The position numbers and the translations under genes are program-made. The notes below the pieces were generated by a model. It had not been told where the DNA came from. It ran no database searches and saw nothing but the letters and a program-made list of their open reading frames with translations. A stretch of 63,533 nucleotides of DNA, the filler included, from Welwitschia mirabilis (lineage: Eukaryota), in the NCBI GenBank assembly GCA_051453625.1. It is 7 parts of one record of this genome, joined end to end, with 100 filler letters (N's around TTAATTAATTAA, not from the genome) between each part and the next. Parts side by side here need not be neighbours in the genome. Positions count along the whole stretch, not along the records: positions 52,431 to 59,149 come from JBOZIK010000001.1; positions 59,250 to 61,530 come from JBOZIK010000001.1; positions 61,631 to 63,533 come from JBOZIK010000001.1; 4 more parts are not named here. One strand, written 5' to 3'. The first letter of the stretch is position 1; every line of letters starts with the position of its first letter. This document shows positions 52,746-63,533 of this stretch, one piece after another.

Positions 52746-55700
52746 TATAATAGGGCTATTTTACATTTTTTTTTCCCACTCATTACTTCATTTTACAAAC
52801 CATGCCCTTCACTTTCCATGTTATTATGACACACTTACATCATTTATTTAAAAAAAAAAGATATTTTGAAGTTTCCTATGAATGATAGTGAATAGAGGTT
52901 CTCATGTCCAAAGTCCAAGAGAGTATCCCATATGCTTCTATTTCTTCAAAAGGAGAAATCACCTTATTATTCCTATTGAAACTTTACTAAAAGACCTTGT
53001 AAAAGCTTATTCAAAGAACTAAGAACTCTATTGAAAAAATGCTCTTCGTAGAAGCTTATTCAAAGAACTAAGAACTCTATGGAAAAAATGCTCTTCGTAG
53101 TTATATTGGCCAATAATTCTTTTAAGTAGCATTTATTTCCAAGATAACACAAAAATTAAAAGGATCTAGAAGCTGTCCACTGAGCATTTCCCTACTTGTC
53201 TAAGCATATAAAGCTCTAAAGCCTTTATATTAATTTTCACCACTGTACATCTATATTTTAGACATATAGTTAACCCATTTGAATTTCTGATTGTTTGCTT
53301 TTGATGTTTATGATGTAAGGGCTTATGTGGTAATCATTCAGTGTCACTAAACACGTTTCATCTTAGGATTTCATATTTTCAATTCCATCTTTCAGTTCTT
53401 TTGTAATGTTTTCATCATATATGATCTTCAATGGGGGTAAAGTAGGTGAAGACTGTGTTTACAAGTGAAAAATGACAAGCAATATTAGTGGAAATGAATT
53501 TAATGTTCCTAACTTTGGATTATTTATGTCATGTGCCTTTGCCTAGTACTTGACCAGAAAAGCCAGCTCTCTATATTTGGTATCTATGTGGGTAAACAGA
53601 CTATATATATACATATGATTTCAGAGCCACTTAAATAAATGACAAGATGATGGGAGACCTAAAATTGTTGTGTGAAATTACCTTATTTTAAAATTCATCC
53701 CTATTCAAAATTTCCACTAATGCCAAGATGCTTATAAATAAGGGTTCCAATCCAAGACCTATTCTTGTTTTTCACAATTATGATTAACATCTAACAATCT
53801 TGTGGGTCCTCTAAAAGTGGAAGGAAATGCCAACAGTCTGCATTTGATTACTTGCCAATACCTGTTCAGGTCTCAGATGGGCTATAGCAACATTTGTGTG
53901 TAGCAGTTGTTCCTAGGAAGAATTCTGTTTGGAAATTGCAATCATGGGAGTATTTCATAATGAAATGGTCCCTTCAGTTGTGTTGTGGTGGGGATTGGGA
54001 TGCTTCACATTTACATTCTCTGTGTTATCTGCTGCAACTTCCTTCCATAATCCGCAATGGAGGATTCACATACTCTTCAGTGTGGAATGTAACAACTACT
54101 TTGATTGACAAACTGTGGTACTGATAAACAGCAACAGAAAGGCGAGTAGAGCGCAGCATTTTTGGAAGAAGATTGGAGACGCATCTCAGATCAGAAATAA
54201 AAGGAGACAGCCTATCAAGTAGCATTCCACGGATCACATTGCTAAAACATCCCGGAAATCATGTTGTATTGTTCACCATTTTAACAGAGATCCCTTTTCT
54301 TTTAGATTGAAGTGGTGAGGCTAAAGGAAAGGGGGCCACAATCAAACCCCATTGGAAAGATTCAATGATTAAAACAAAATGGCAGTAAAGCCGTGGAAAA
54401 GAAGATAGCCCTACGAAAAAGTAGGAATGAAAATCTGAAACGAAAAGGCAGAGCAAAAAAAGGAACACCATCATAACAGAGGAGGGGGAAGGGGGGGCCG
54501 TCACAGAGAACAGGACATCAGAAATCACAGAGAGACGAAGATAGAAGAGGATGGCAAAAATGCCAAGGCACAAAGCGAAGAGGACAAGACACATTATAGT
54601 ACATAGGAGGAATGCCATTACGGCTAAAGACACAGAAACTAGAAAAAGCTTAACAGACACATAGAGGAGAAGGCGGAGACTAGCAGAGGTAGATGCAGGG
54701 ACGAGTACCTCATCAGGGACACAAGGCGAGACAGAGGATCGGAAGGCGTAGACCAACAGAACTATAACATGCATCGAATCACTGAGGAAAGCATCCACAG
54801 AAGGGAGCAACACAGCACAAACACCAAAAAGAGGCCATTCACGAGATAAAAATGTAGAGAATAGTAAACAGAGGTAATTTTTAGAGAAGGAACGACACAA
54901 CACCAAAAAAAAGAAGGAGACCAACGTAATGAGAAATAGCAGTAAAGAAAGACACAGTGAAATAGTAGAAAAGGAAATCAGCCAGAGAGAGGAGACACAT
55001 TCAAAGAGAATGCATAGCAAGAATCATCCACCCAGAGGTGAGATAAGACGCATCAGGAAGAAGACCACTAAAAATGCGGATTATCAGACGATTAAAAATT
55101 CACAACAGTGAATGGCATCAAAACGCCAGCAAGGATGCAAATGAAGAACAGTGAGAGGAACGACGTAGAAGAAGGCTAATGAAACGGAGAGCGGACGACA
55201 ATAGACGAGCGTAACAAAAGGCACGTATCAAATAGCAGAGACGCAGAGTTAAAACGGAGGAAAATCCAATATGCAAGGCATCAGGGGGAAGAGATCGTGC
55301 GCACAGGAGGAACAACATGGAGGAATGACTGGTAAAGTCCGAAAGACGCAGGGGATCTAGAAGCAGGCACTCAGATAAATGCCCAGCGAAAACGGGTCAA
55401 CGATAGAGAAAAGCTCATCAAGAAGAGAAAACGCGAAGCGCACCGCAGTGAGGCAGTTAATGACGCGGCGCTAGAACAGCAGTAAATCGGTAGATAAGAG
55501 ATAACACACACTAGCAAGAGAAAAGTTAACGGCAAGCAAAAGCACCTTAGGTTTCTTTATTTTCTAGGTTCTAAAATCTTTTGTTTTTTTTTTTTTTTGT
55601 TTTTGTCGTCTACATTGTTTTACATTATTACCGCTTACAAATGGCCAAATAAATCTCAAATTAGAAGCAAATCATTTTTGTTATTTCATTCATCTCGTGA

Positions 55701-56185
55701 TGATCTGGCGGCAGTTTATCGCTCTGCAAATTTTGAATTACATTTGCATCTTTCTTAATCTCAGCCGGATCTCTGAAAATGTAGACCTGTTTATTTCAAT
55801 TATAGTTCGATCAATTACTTGTAGCAATTGTTACTATATGGTTCTTTTTGCTTAGCCTTGCACATGCGAATTACTGTTTTCAAAGTATCTCTATTAAACT
55901 AAAAGATTTTACATGTTCTTCTCCCTTATAAAATCCAACCTATTTTCTTATTTAATTTCATTTGCTTCATGCAACAAGATTCATTAAAAAAAAAAAGATA
56001 TATTAGGTTTAAATTTCCTTTTTAATGTCTCTAAAGAAAGAATTCCTTCTTAATTCATAAACTTTGGCATCTTGTTTTGTTTAAAGAGTAGTTATCATTA
56101 TCATCATTATTATTACTTTATCTAAAAAAAAGGGGAGGGAGATTTGATGATCCAAATTTCACATCGTGAAAAATAGGTAACGAAA
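52746..56185 (+). mobile_element. Putative long (~3.4 kb) Tat-clade LTR flanked by a PPT (left) and a PBS (right)
   Basis: aaaaagggggcaac (52732-52745) is a Tat-type PPT, and a PBS lies at 56189. No second LTR copy is available to confirm the boundaries. Confidence 0.5.
53003..53100. repeat. 49-bp direct tandem duplication
   Basis: aagcttattcaaagaactaagaactctat(t/g)gaaaaaatgctcttcgtag occurs twice with one mismatch. Confidence 0.95.
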
Positions 56186-56188
56186 GTT

Positions 56189-56205
56189 TGGTACTAGAAG
56201 GAGGG
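56189..56205 (+). promoter_or_regulatory. PBS complementary to plant tRNA-Asn 3' end
   Basis: tggtactagaaggaggg versus the expected tggcgctagaaggaggg (one CpG decayed on both strands). It lies ~100 bp upstream of gag. The tRNA identity is from recalled sequence. Confidence 0.7.
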
Positions 56206-56303
56206 CCCTCGTGTAGGCCTTATATCGTTTTTCAATTATTTTTGAATTGCGTTCGTTTTTGCTCTAGTTTCGCCTACCACCTTGTCACATATAATAACCA
56301 CAA

Positions 56304-58913
56304 ATGCCAATGTCCACCCATGGGAAAAAAGCCTGTATTTCTGAAGATGAGTACAAGGTACGCATTCAACAACATCCCTCGACCCTTACTTCTGATGAAC
56401 TCCGTGTCATGAACGACTACAGGAGTTACTGGGAGGGTTATCTAACCCATCCCACACAAAGAATTCACTCTTTAGCAATCAGAAAACTAATAATTTCAGA
56501 CAACGAGAACAAGGTTTTCCCTGAAGATCCCTTTTCACAAAAATACGACGAAAACATAGAGTTTGTAAATGAATGGGGTCGCGACGAAAAGATCAAAACA
56601 ACACAAAAACCTACACAACAAATCCCAAAGAAAGACTTCAATGATAATAGTCTATTCGAATATGAGACAAATGAAGATGAGCCACCTAGAGTTTCACAAA
56701 TTAAGGACCAAAAACCACCTATCCAATCAACTGAATTCAACATGTTATGGGAGGCCATCAATGATATTAAACGAGGCCTCAAAACTAAAAAGAACTACCT
56801 CGATATAGATTTCGATAACACACCAATCCATCCCTCTATCCATCGTAAAGTGATTTTGCCTAGTGAAATGCTCGATTTTGAAACATTTATAGGTGTCGAA
56901 GACCCTGTTATTCACATTAGAAATTTCAAACATTCATGTCACATGTACAACATAGAGCGAAACACTGTTTGTCATCTATTTTGTTGATCTTTTCAATGAC
57001 AAGCCCTCGAATGGTATCATCTCCTNNNNNNNNNNNNNNNNNNNNNNNNNNNNNNNNNNNNNNNNNNNNNNNNNNNNNNNNNNNNNNNNNNNNNNNNNNN
57101 NNNNNNNNNNNNNNNNNNNNNNNNNNNNNNNNNNNNNNNNNNNNNNNNNNNNNNNNNNNNNNNNNNNNNNNNNNNNNNNNNNNNNNNNNNNNNNNNNNNN
57201 NNNNNNNNNNNNNNNNNNNNNNNNNNNNNNNNNNNNNNNNNNNNNNNNNNNNNNNNNNNNNNNNNNNNNNNNNNNNNNNNNNNNNNNNNNNNNNNNNNNN
57301 NNNNNNNNNNNNNNNNNNNNNNNNNNNNNNNNNNNNNNNNNNNNNNNNNNNNNNNNNNNNNNNNNNNNNNNNNNNNNNNNNNNNNNNNNNNNNNNNNNNN
57401 NNNNNNNNNNNNNNNNNNNNNNNNNNNNNNNNNNNNNNNNNNNNNNNNNNNNNNNNNNNNNNNNNNNNNNNNNNNNNNNNNNNNNNNNNNNNNNNNNNNN
57501 NNNNNNNNNNNNNNNNNNNNNNNNNNNNNNNNNNNNNNNNNNNNNNNNNNNNNNNNNNNNNNNNNNNNNNNNNNNNNNNNNNNNNNNNNNNNNNNNNNNN
57601 NNNNNNNNNNNNNNNNNNNNNNNNNNNNNNNNNNNNNNNNNNNNNNNNNNNNNNNNNNNNNNNNNNNNNNNNNNNNNNNNNNNNNNNNNNNNNNNNNNNN
57701 NNNNNNNNNNNNNNNNNNNNNNNNNNNNNNNNNNNNNNNNNNNNNNNNNNNNNTAATCAAGGAACATCACACTAAAAACTGCTTTAATTTGAAACATATC
57801 ATCCAAGATATCATCGAGAATAAAAAGGAGATCAAATTTGATACGATTCTCGCAACTGCAAACAAACAGCTTGAGATCTATAAAAACCCATTTCTGACTC
57901 AATCTCCAACATCGCAGATACCACAAAATGTGGTAGTTCAAGATAATAATGCCCCATACGCAATTTGGGTAGTCAAGGAACAATCGACAAACCTTTAGAA
58001 CAAATCATTCAGGAAAACAAGCAAAAACTACAACAATTAGTCGAGATAGAAGATACTCAAAATCGATTTACCTCTCGATCAAACATTCAGTTACAATCAC
58101 ATGCTTCTAAAGTAGAGGAAGCGTATTACCATCTCTTTTCATTAATCACAAACTCTGAATCTTACAAACAAGCCTTTGAAAGATTATGCGAGGAATGTTT
58201 AACATCGAAGATACCTTCAAAACAACAACCTACTTCAAATCAAGTAGATGTTCAGAAGAACGATGAGGATTATGAGATAATCCAATTTCAACCTAAAGAG
58301 ATCTCATCCACCTCTCGAAGAACAACCATTACTAAACCATCCTACATCTCGGTAAACATTGGTTCTACTAAAGTAACTAAAGCCTTTGTCGATTGTGGGG
58401 CTAAACTGAATGTCATTGGGTCATCCTTCCTAGATAAACTTAAATTACAACATCTACTAGACTTAAAAAAGAGTGTAACGATTAGAGATTTCAATGATCG
58501 AGAAGATAAGTCTAAGGGAACAGTTATCTTACCAATTGAGGTAGCTCAAAAGGTTAAAGACACCGAAGTCTATGTAATTGATAATGCTACCGCATTTAAT
58601 TTACTTTTAGGTCGTCCTTGGATCATGGATACATGGGCAATTATTTCATTATCCCATCAAAAACTAAAATTCATTGGATTAAAGATCTCAGTGCCACTGG
58701 AAAGAAATCATAGTGGCAAACATCAAGGCACGATCTCAAACTCCTTCTTCATCATTACCTCGAATCCCAGAAAAAAGAATCATCCCATTCTTACACTTTA
58801 AGCACGATTCTATAGACCCTCATAAACTAAAGGTCCCACAAATCCTTGATGCACAACTCTTAGATTTTAGCTGGGTTCCATTTAATCCCGATAATTTTCC
58901 CACCAACTCATAA
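56304..58913 (+). pseudogene. gag: Tat/Ogre-clade Gypsy gag-protease (few disruptions, gapped)
   Basis: FETFIGVEDPVIHIRNF...CHLFC*SFQ*QALEWY (retrotransposon gag), NCFNLKHIIQDII, KAFVDCGAKLNVI, and FNLLLGRPWIMDTWAIISLSHQKLKF (Tat-type protease). Confidence 0.88.
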
Positions 58914-59249
58914 TCATTTTTCTTACATTCTAGAGTTTTAACTTCTTACACTCATCACTTTTAGTTATAGTAGTCCATTGCGTTCACCTGCATTTCCTTA
59001 TACAAAACTCTTTTATGCTACCTTCTCATGGAAAACATTTATTCTTCTAGTCGACAATGACATGTTTCACTTATTCATTCTTTTCCTTCAGTAATTAGAC
59101 ATGTAGTTTTTGATTTCCACCTTGCACTTAATTCCTTTTCAACTTGTCANNNNNNNNNNNNNNNNNNNNNNNNNNNNNNNNNNNNNNNNNNNNTTAATTA
59201 ATTAANNNNNNNNNNNNNNNNNNNNNNNNNNNNNNNNNNNNNNNNNNNN

Positions 59250-59549
59250 ATCCCGTGTGAAGGGAGAGGATTGTAACCCTTGGAGAAGGGTGTTGTAAGG
59301 TGTCCAAGTTGTTGGGTGTCTTAAAGGAACAAGGAGGCTAGAAGCACATTGTAACCCCTTGTGAGTGGAGTAGGCAAGGATTGCCGAACTACTATAAATC
59401 TAGTGCACTTGTCATTTGCTTCTTTTCGTGTTTCTACTAATTTATTTCTATTGGTTTTTCAGATCTGAATTTCTGTTATTGCGAAATAATTTTAAAATAC
59501 CTTATTCAACCCCCCTTCCTCCCCTCTAGGGTGCCTTTCGATCCTAACA
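59250..59549 (+). mobile_element. Sirevirus LTR 3' end
   Basis: gagtggagtagg...actataaat motif as at ~21720, ending attcaacccccttcctcccctctaggg...gatcctaaca. Confidence 0.75.
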
Positions 59550-60004
59550 GATAGAGCTTCACAATAAATTACCATTAAGATGCAAATCCAACAGATCAAT
59601 AACAACTAGAGTATTTATGACCTTTAGTTAATCACAATAGCATTAATGACCATACAATAATGACGTTCACATACAAAAACGAGGTAAATATCATAATGAT
59701 GCTTCCAAAGAGCACATCATATTAGAAAGAGTATCGTATCTAGTATCATAGTAAATTATTGTAGCAAACAAAAATATTAGAACAATTGACAGTCTAGTAA
59801 AAATAATGTAGTAAACAATAATTGATCAAATTAACAACAACTTGAACTAAGTAAAGATAACTACTTACATTACCAAAAANNNNNNNNNNNNNNNNNNNNN
59901 NNNNNNNNNNNNNNNNNNNNNNNNNNNNNNNNNNNNNNNNNNNNNNNNNNNNNNNNNNNNNNNNNNNNNNNNCTTGTTTGGGAACAAATTTAAATGATAA
60001 AGCA

Positions 60005-61446
60005 TTAATATTTGCAAAATACATATTTTTTTCTATATGGATAGTTAAATTTTGAGTGACTAAGTTTGCAACAATATTGGTAAGAGATATTTCTGGTAGA
60101 AAATGTTATATCTTCAATACTTACCTCACTGGATGATGTTGATGCACTATTGCCTTCAAACCCAATCCCCTTTTTATCATGTGCAAGTTGTCCCAATCTA
60201 AGCATCTTTTCAAGTTTCTTTGGTCCTTTTGTGGATCTACTCAAGACTTGTGAAGACTGGCTCAAATTCTTTATGAGACTTGTGTTTTCATCTTGAATCT
60301 CTTTATATCTTTGATTTACCTTCTCGAATCCTTGATGATCTTGTTTAGTTCATTAACTTTCTGAGCAAGCCTTTTGCATTCTTGATACAGTTTATGACAT
60401 GTGTCTTCAACATCCTCCTCTTCTTCATCTTTATTCATGTTCAAATCATCATGGTCAATGAATTTTGGTGATTGTGTAGTGGGGGTTACACATGTCGTGA
60501 AAAATAATGTTCCACTTCCTTTAGATTCAGCATCTGAGCTTTCTTCTTCATCTTCTTCAAGGTTATCCCAAGTGGCTATTACCGAGGGCTTCTTTAGGTC
60601 CTTCAGTTTCTTCTTGTTGGCACAATTGTTTTCCATATGCCTAAAACCTTTGCTGATTTCTCCATCTCTTCTTCTTGACAGAAATGTTTTAAATTTTCTT
60701 GCTAAAAGAGTTACTTCATCTGATTCATCTTCTGACCTGTCAATTTTTGTATCTTCTTGCACACGTTTCAAAGCAAAGCTTTTCTTTTTATTCTTAGAAA
60801 AATTTAACTCATAAGTTTGAAAGTTACCTTGTAGTTCATCTAGTGGCATCTTTTTGAGATCTTTACTTTCTTCGATCACAGTCATCTTTGGTTCAAATCT
60901 CTTGGGAAGGGATCTTAAGACCTTTCTTACTATTCTAGATTCCTCCATTTTTTCTCTAAGGATTGCCATGGAGTTTACAATGTCTATTAGGCTAGCAAAG
61001 AATTCCTGGAGAGTTTCTTCCTCATCCATCTTAATATCTTTAGATTTTGTAATCAACATTTGCATCTTTGCTTGCTTGACAATGGACGTCCCTTCGTGAG
61101 CAATAGTAAGAATATCCCGTCCTTTGGCAGTCTCGCAGTTCACTATTCTCTTGAACCCATCTATAGTCACAACACAAAAAATTGCATTCAAAGCACGAGC
61201 GTCAAGAGTAGCATTAGCTTTATCTAATGAAGTCCATTTATCTTTTGGTTTCAACACAACTGTAATATTGCGTTCACCCTTCTGTTGAGTTGTGGTAAGG
61301 TGACCATAACCTTTGATCAACATATCCTCATAATCTACATGAAGGGATCTTATGAATATTCTCATTCCATCTTTCCAATATCCATAGTTTGTTCCATCAA
61401 ACAGTGGAGGCTTAGAAAAAAAGAGACCTTTTGTAATAGAACTCAT
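60005..61446 (-). pseudogene. gag: Copia/Sirevirus gag (376-aa open frame plus frameshifted tail)
   Basis: KPPLFDGTNYGYWKDGMRIFI, KVLRSLPKRFEPKMTVIEESKDL..PLDELQGNFQTYE and HDKKGIGF. The first zinc knuckle is partly deleted (GFRHMENNC). Confidence 0.92.
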
Positions 61447-61499
61447 GGCTAGGGTTGAATCAAAGACTGGTTAAAATCTTAGTGATGACTCAGCCTAGG

Positions 61500-61530
61500 G
61501 TTCTGATACCAAGTGAAGGATATGAAATAA
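61500..61530 (-). promoter_or_regulatory. iMet PBS and 5' LTR 3' end
   Basis: gttctgatacca (61500-61511) reverse-complements to tggtatcagaac. The LTR end ...tccttca is at 61514. Confidence 0.85.
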
Positions 61531-62185
61531 NNNNNNNNNNNNNNNNNNNNNNNNNNNNNNNNNNNNNNNNNNNNTTAATTAATTAANNNNNNNNNNNNNN
61601 NNNNNNNNNNNNNNNNNNNNNNNNNNNNNNTTTTTTCACAAAAAGGAGGCCCCACATCACACTTCTAGCCCTTAAAATCACATTTCTTACACACAATGAG
61701 CAGCTTAACGCATTTAGAGCTTGTTGTAAAGGATTTGGCAAGAAAGCAGCAATGCACGTGTAGGCTTTTTTGCCTTTTTTTATCATTTGTTTCTTTCTCT
61801 TATTGCTTTCCTTTCATTCCAAACTTCAAAAACAGTCAAAACTCAAATTAGAAACCCTTTAAAACGCATTCTAGAACATGTAAAACTGATTTCAATTGCT
61901 TTCCGTTTCTACTTCAATTTTTTTTCTTTTTACTTTGAACTCCTTCCTTTCATTTCAAAGCTTGAAAACACAAATTGGGAACCCTTTAAAATGCATTCTA
62001 GAGCAAGTAAAACTGATTTCATAGCTTTCCATGACTACTTCAAACTTGTTTTTTAAGTTTGAACTATTTTCCTATTTTCGATTACCATCTCAGAGTCATT
62101 AATATTTTACCAGGTCCATTGAAATTTGAAATATAGATTCTAAATGAAAAATCATTAAAAACTGAAATTTATTCATTACTCTTCA

Positions 62186-62760
62186 ATGGCACAAACAAGA
62201 AAGTCAACATAATTTGTATCTAGTGATAGAACAAAGCCAAATAGGCAAACAAGTGAACCTGATCCTGATAATTTGGATGTTGAAGTAGAAGAAGAACAGT
62301 GATCCCACCAAGGAAGCTTCTTACGGACCGAGCCCTCACAAGCTAGGTGTGCGGACTAACTGGATTCAACGAAAGAGGGATCCAACATGGAAACACGCTA
62401 AATACAGTAAAGTGACTTCGTAGCAAGATGGTAAAGATATGGTTTTCTCTTTCTATAATAGGCAAAATCATAGCAAAATAAATAGGTTCAAGTATCGTCT
62501 AGCACACATTCCTCATAGAGACATTACATCTTGCCCTAACATTATACATGAAGTTTGTAATGCCACAACCTTGCAACTAGGAAAAGGAGAGGCCTAAAAA
62601 AGAGGATGCTTTAAAACAAAAACGCACACTCATCTAATGCACCAAATTTAGGGCAAGAACAATCAAATCTTGAGAAAGAACAAGGTCTTACACTTACCAT
62701 CAGAGCTTCTACTACTAGGCTAAAACAAAGTCATCAGAAACTCTCTTCGACTTCATGTTT
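62186..62760 (+). pseudogene. hAT transposase N-terminus, decayed BED zinc finger
   Basis: RDPTWKHAK...MVFSFYNRQNHSKINRFKYRLAHIPHRDITSCPNI fits the plant hAT zf-BED pattern DP.WKH...C.FC...GGI.R.K.HLA...C. The catalytic domain is absent. Confidence 0.6.
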
Positions 62761-63129
62761 CCATATTACTTGAGTTTTGATTGATTCCAATGACACTTGT
62801 GAAGTTTTTTTTTTTAATATATAAAATAATCATTCTTTTGCCTTGATCCTGGTGACTTTGTTATAGCAGCATTTTTTCCCCCTTTTTCCTTTTTTGGGTT
62901 AAGTATTGTGTGATTGCATTTAATGTATTGAAGTCATCAACTCTAAGTGCATGACAAAGGTTATAGCTGGTTCAGGAATTGCTTACAAAGGGCCCAATTA
63001 TGATCAAGTATGAGGGTCAGTGTTAAAGAAGGAATATGAGGTAAGACACTCTTCCTAACTTTCCTTTTTGGTGTTTTTTGTTGCTTTAATTTTGAAATCT
63101 TATTCTTATTGCTTTTCTTAAAAACTTTG

Positions 63130-63290
63130 AATGTTGTGAAACTTGCGGCGAGTCCCGCGATTTCAGCGAGTTCGCGACTTTCTGGCTCGCCGAGAGTTTC
63201 AAATTGCGAGTTTGGCGAGACAAGTTTGGAGACCTTGGACTCGCCAAACTCGCCTTGGGGGTCACAAACTCGTGGATCCATTAAAAAAAT
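63130..63290. repeat. GC-rich subterminal repeat cluster of a probable hAT-type element
   Basis: Repeated ctcgcc/ggcgag/gcgagt motifs in both orientations, starting after aatgttgtgaaact. Confidence 0.5.
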
Positions 63291-63533
63291 TGGTTTTTAA
63301 AGGCTCAACCACCCCCGGAGAGTCAGGAAACTTTATTTCTCTTGAGAGGGCTCAAAAATGAAACGAAAATGGAGAAAAAGAAGGGCTGAAAAGAAGGTGA
63401 AAGTGTGAAACCTTTTTTTAACTCTTGTCACCCACTAATGATTCCCTCCTCTTTGTGATCGTTATGTGTTTTCCTTCACACCAAGAAAATTGCATAAAGT
63501 CATAAACATAAAACAATGCAAAAATATTTATTA

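Noticed and set aside
54259-55020. 253-aa hydrophobic minus-strand ORF as a membrane protein
   Set aside because: It is the antisense reading of an A/G-rich, T-poor tract, which yields L/F/S/V-rich frames lacking stops. No family motif was seen.
60401-61099. Plus-strand Ser-rich ORFs of 137 and 81 aa
   Set aside because: Antisense shadows of the Copia gag ORF.
62961-63361. Overlapping ORFs of 106, 63 and 72 aa
   Set aside because: They arise from the GC-rich subterminal repeat cluster, and no protein motif was seen.

Overview
AT-rich plant nuclear repeat DNA from a draft assembly. It has many N gaps and six artificial N44-TTAATTAATTAA-N44 spacers, so the window is seven joined pieces whose adjacency is not guaranteed. 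No intact host gene, rRNA, tRNA or CRISPR array is supportable. The window is a nest of decayed mobile elements: several Ty1/Copia Sirevirus-type elements (one near full length at ~29.8-39.1 kb, and two homologous env-like extra ORFs), Ty3/Gypsy Athila-like, CRM-like and Tat-like elements, a CACTA terminus and a hAT remnant. The most interesting signal is absent from the ORF track because it is riddled with stops: two loci of an endogenous pararetrovirus (Caulimoviridae). Locus A (~21.9-26.3 kb, minus) reads TATA/leader, a small conserved upstream ORF, 30K movement protein, capsid, aspartic protease. Locus B (~39.6-43.3 kb) carries a related leader/small-ORF block and a caulimovirid RT-RNase H partly duplicated as a ~450-bp-arm inverted repeat. 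Together they sketch most of a single-polyprotein virus genome of uncertain genus. All translations and alignments were done by eye, and boundaries are approximate unless a terminal motif is quoted.
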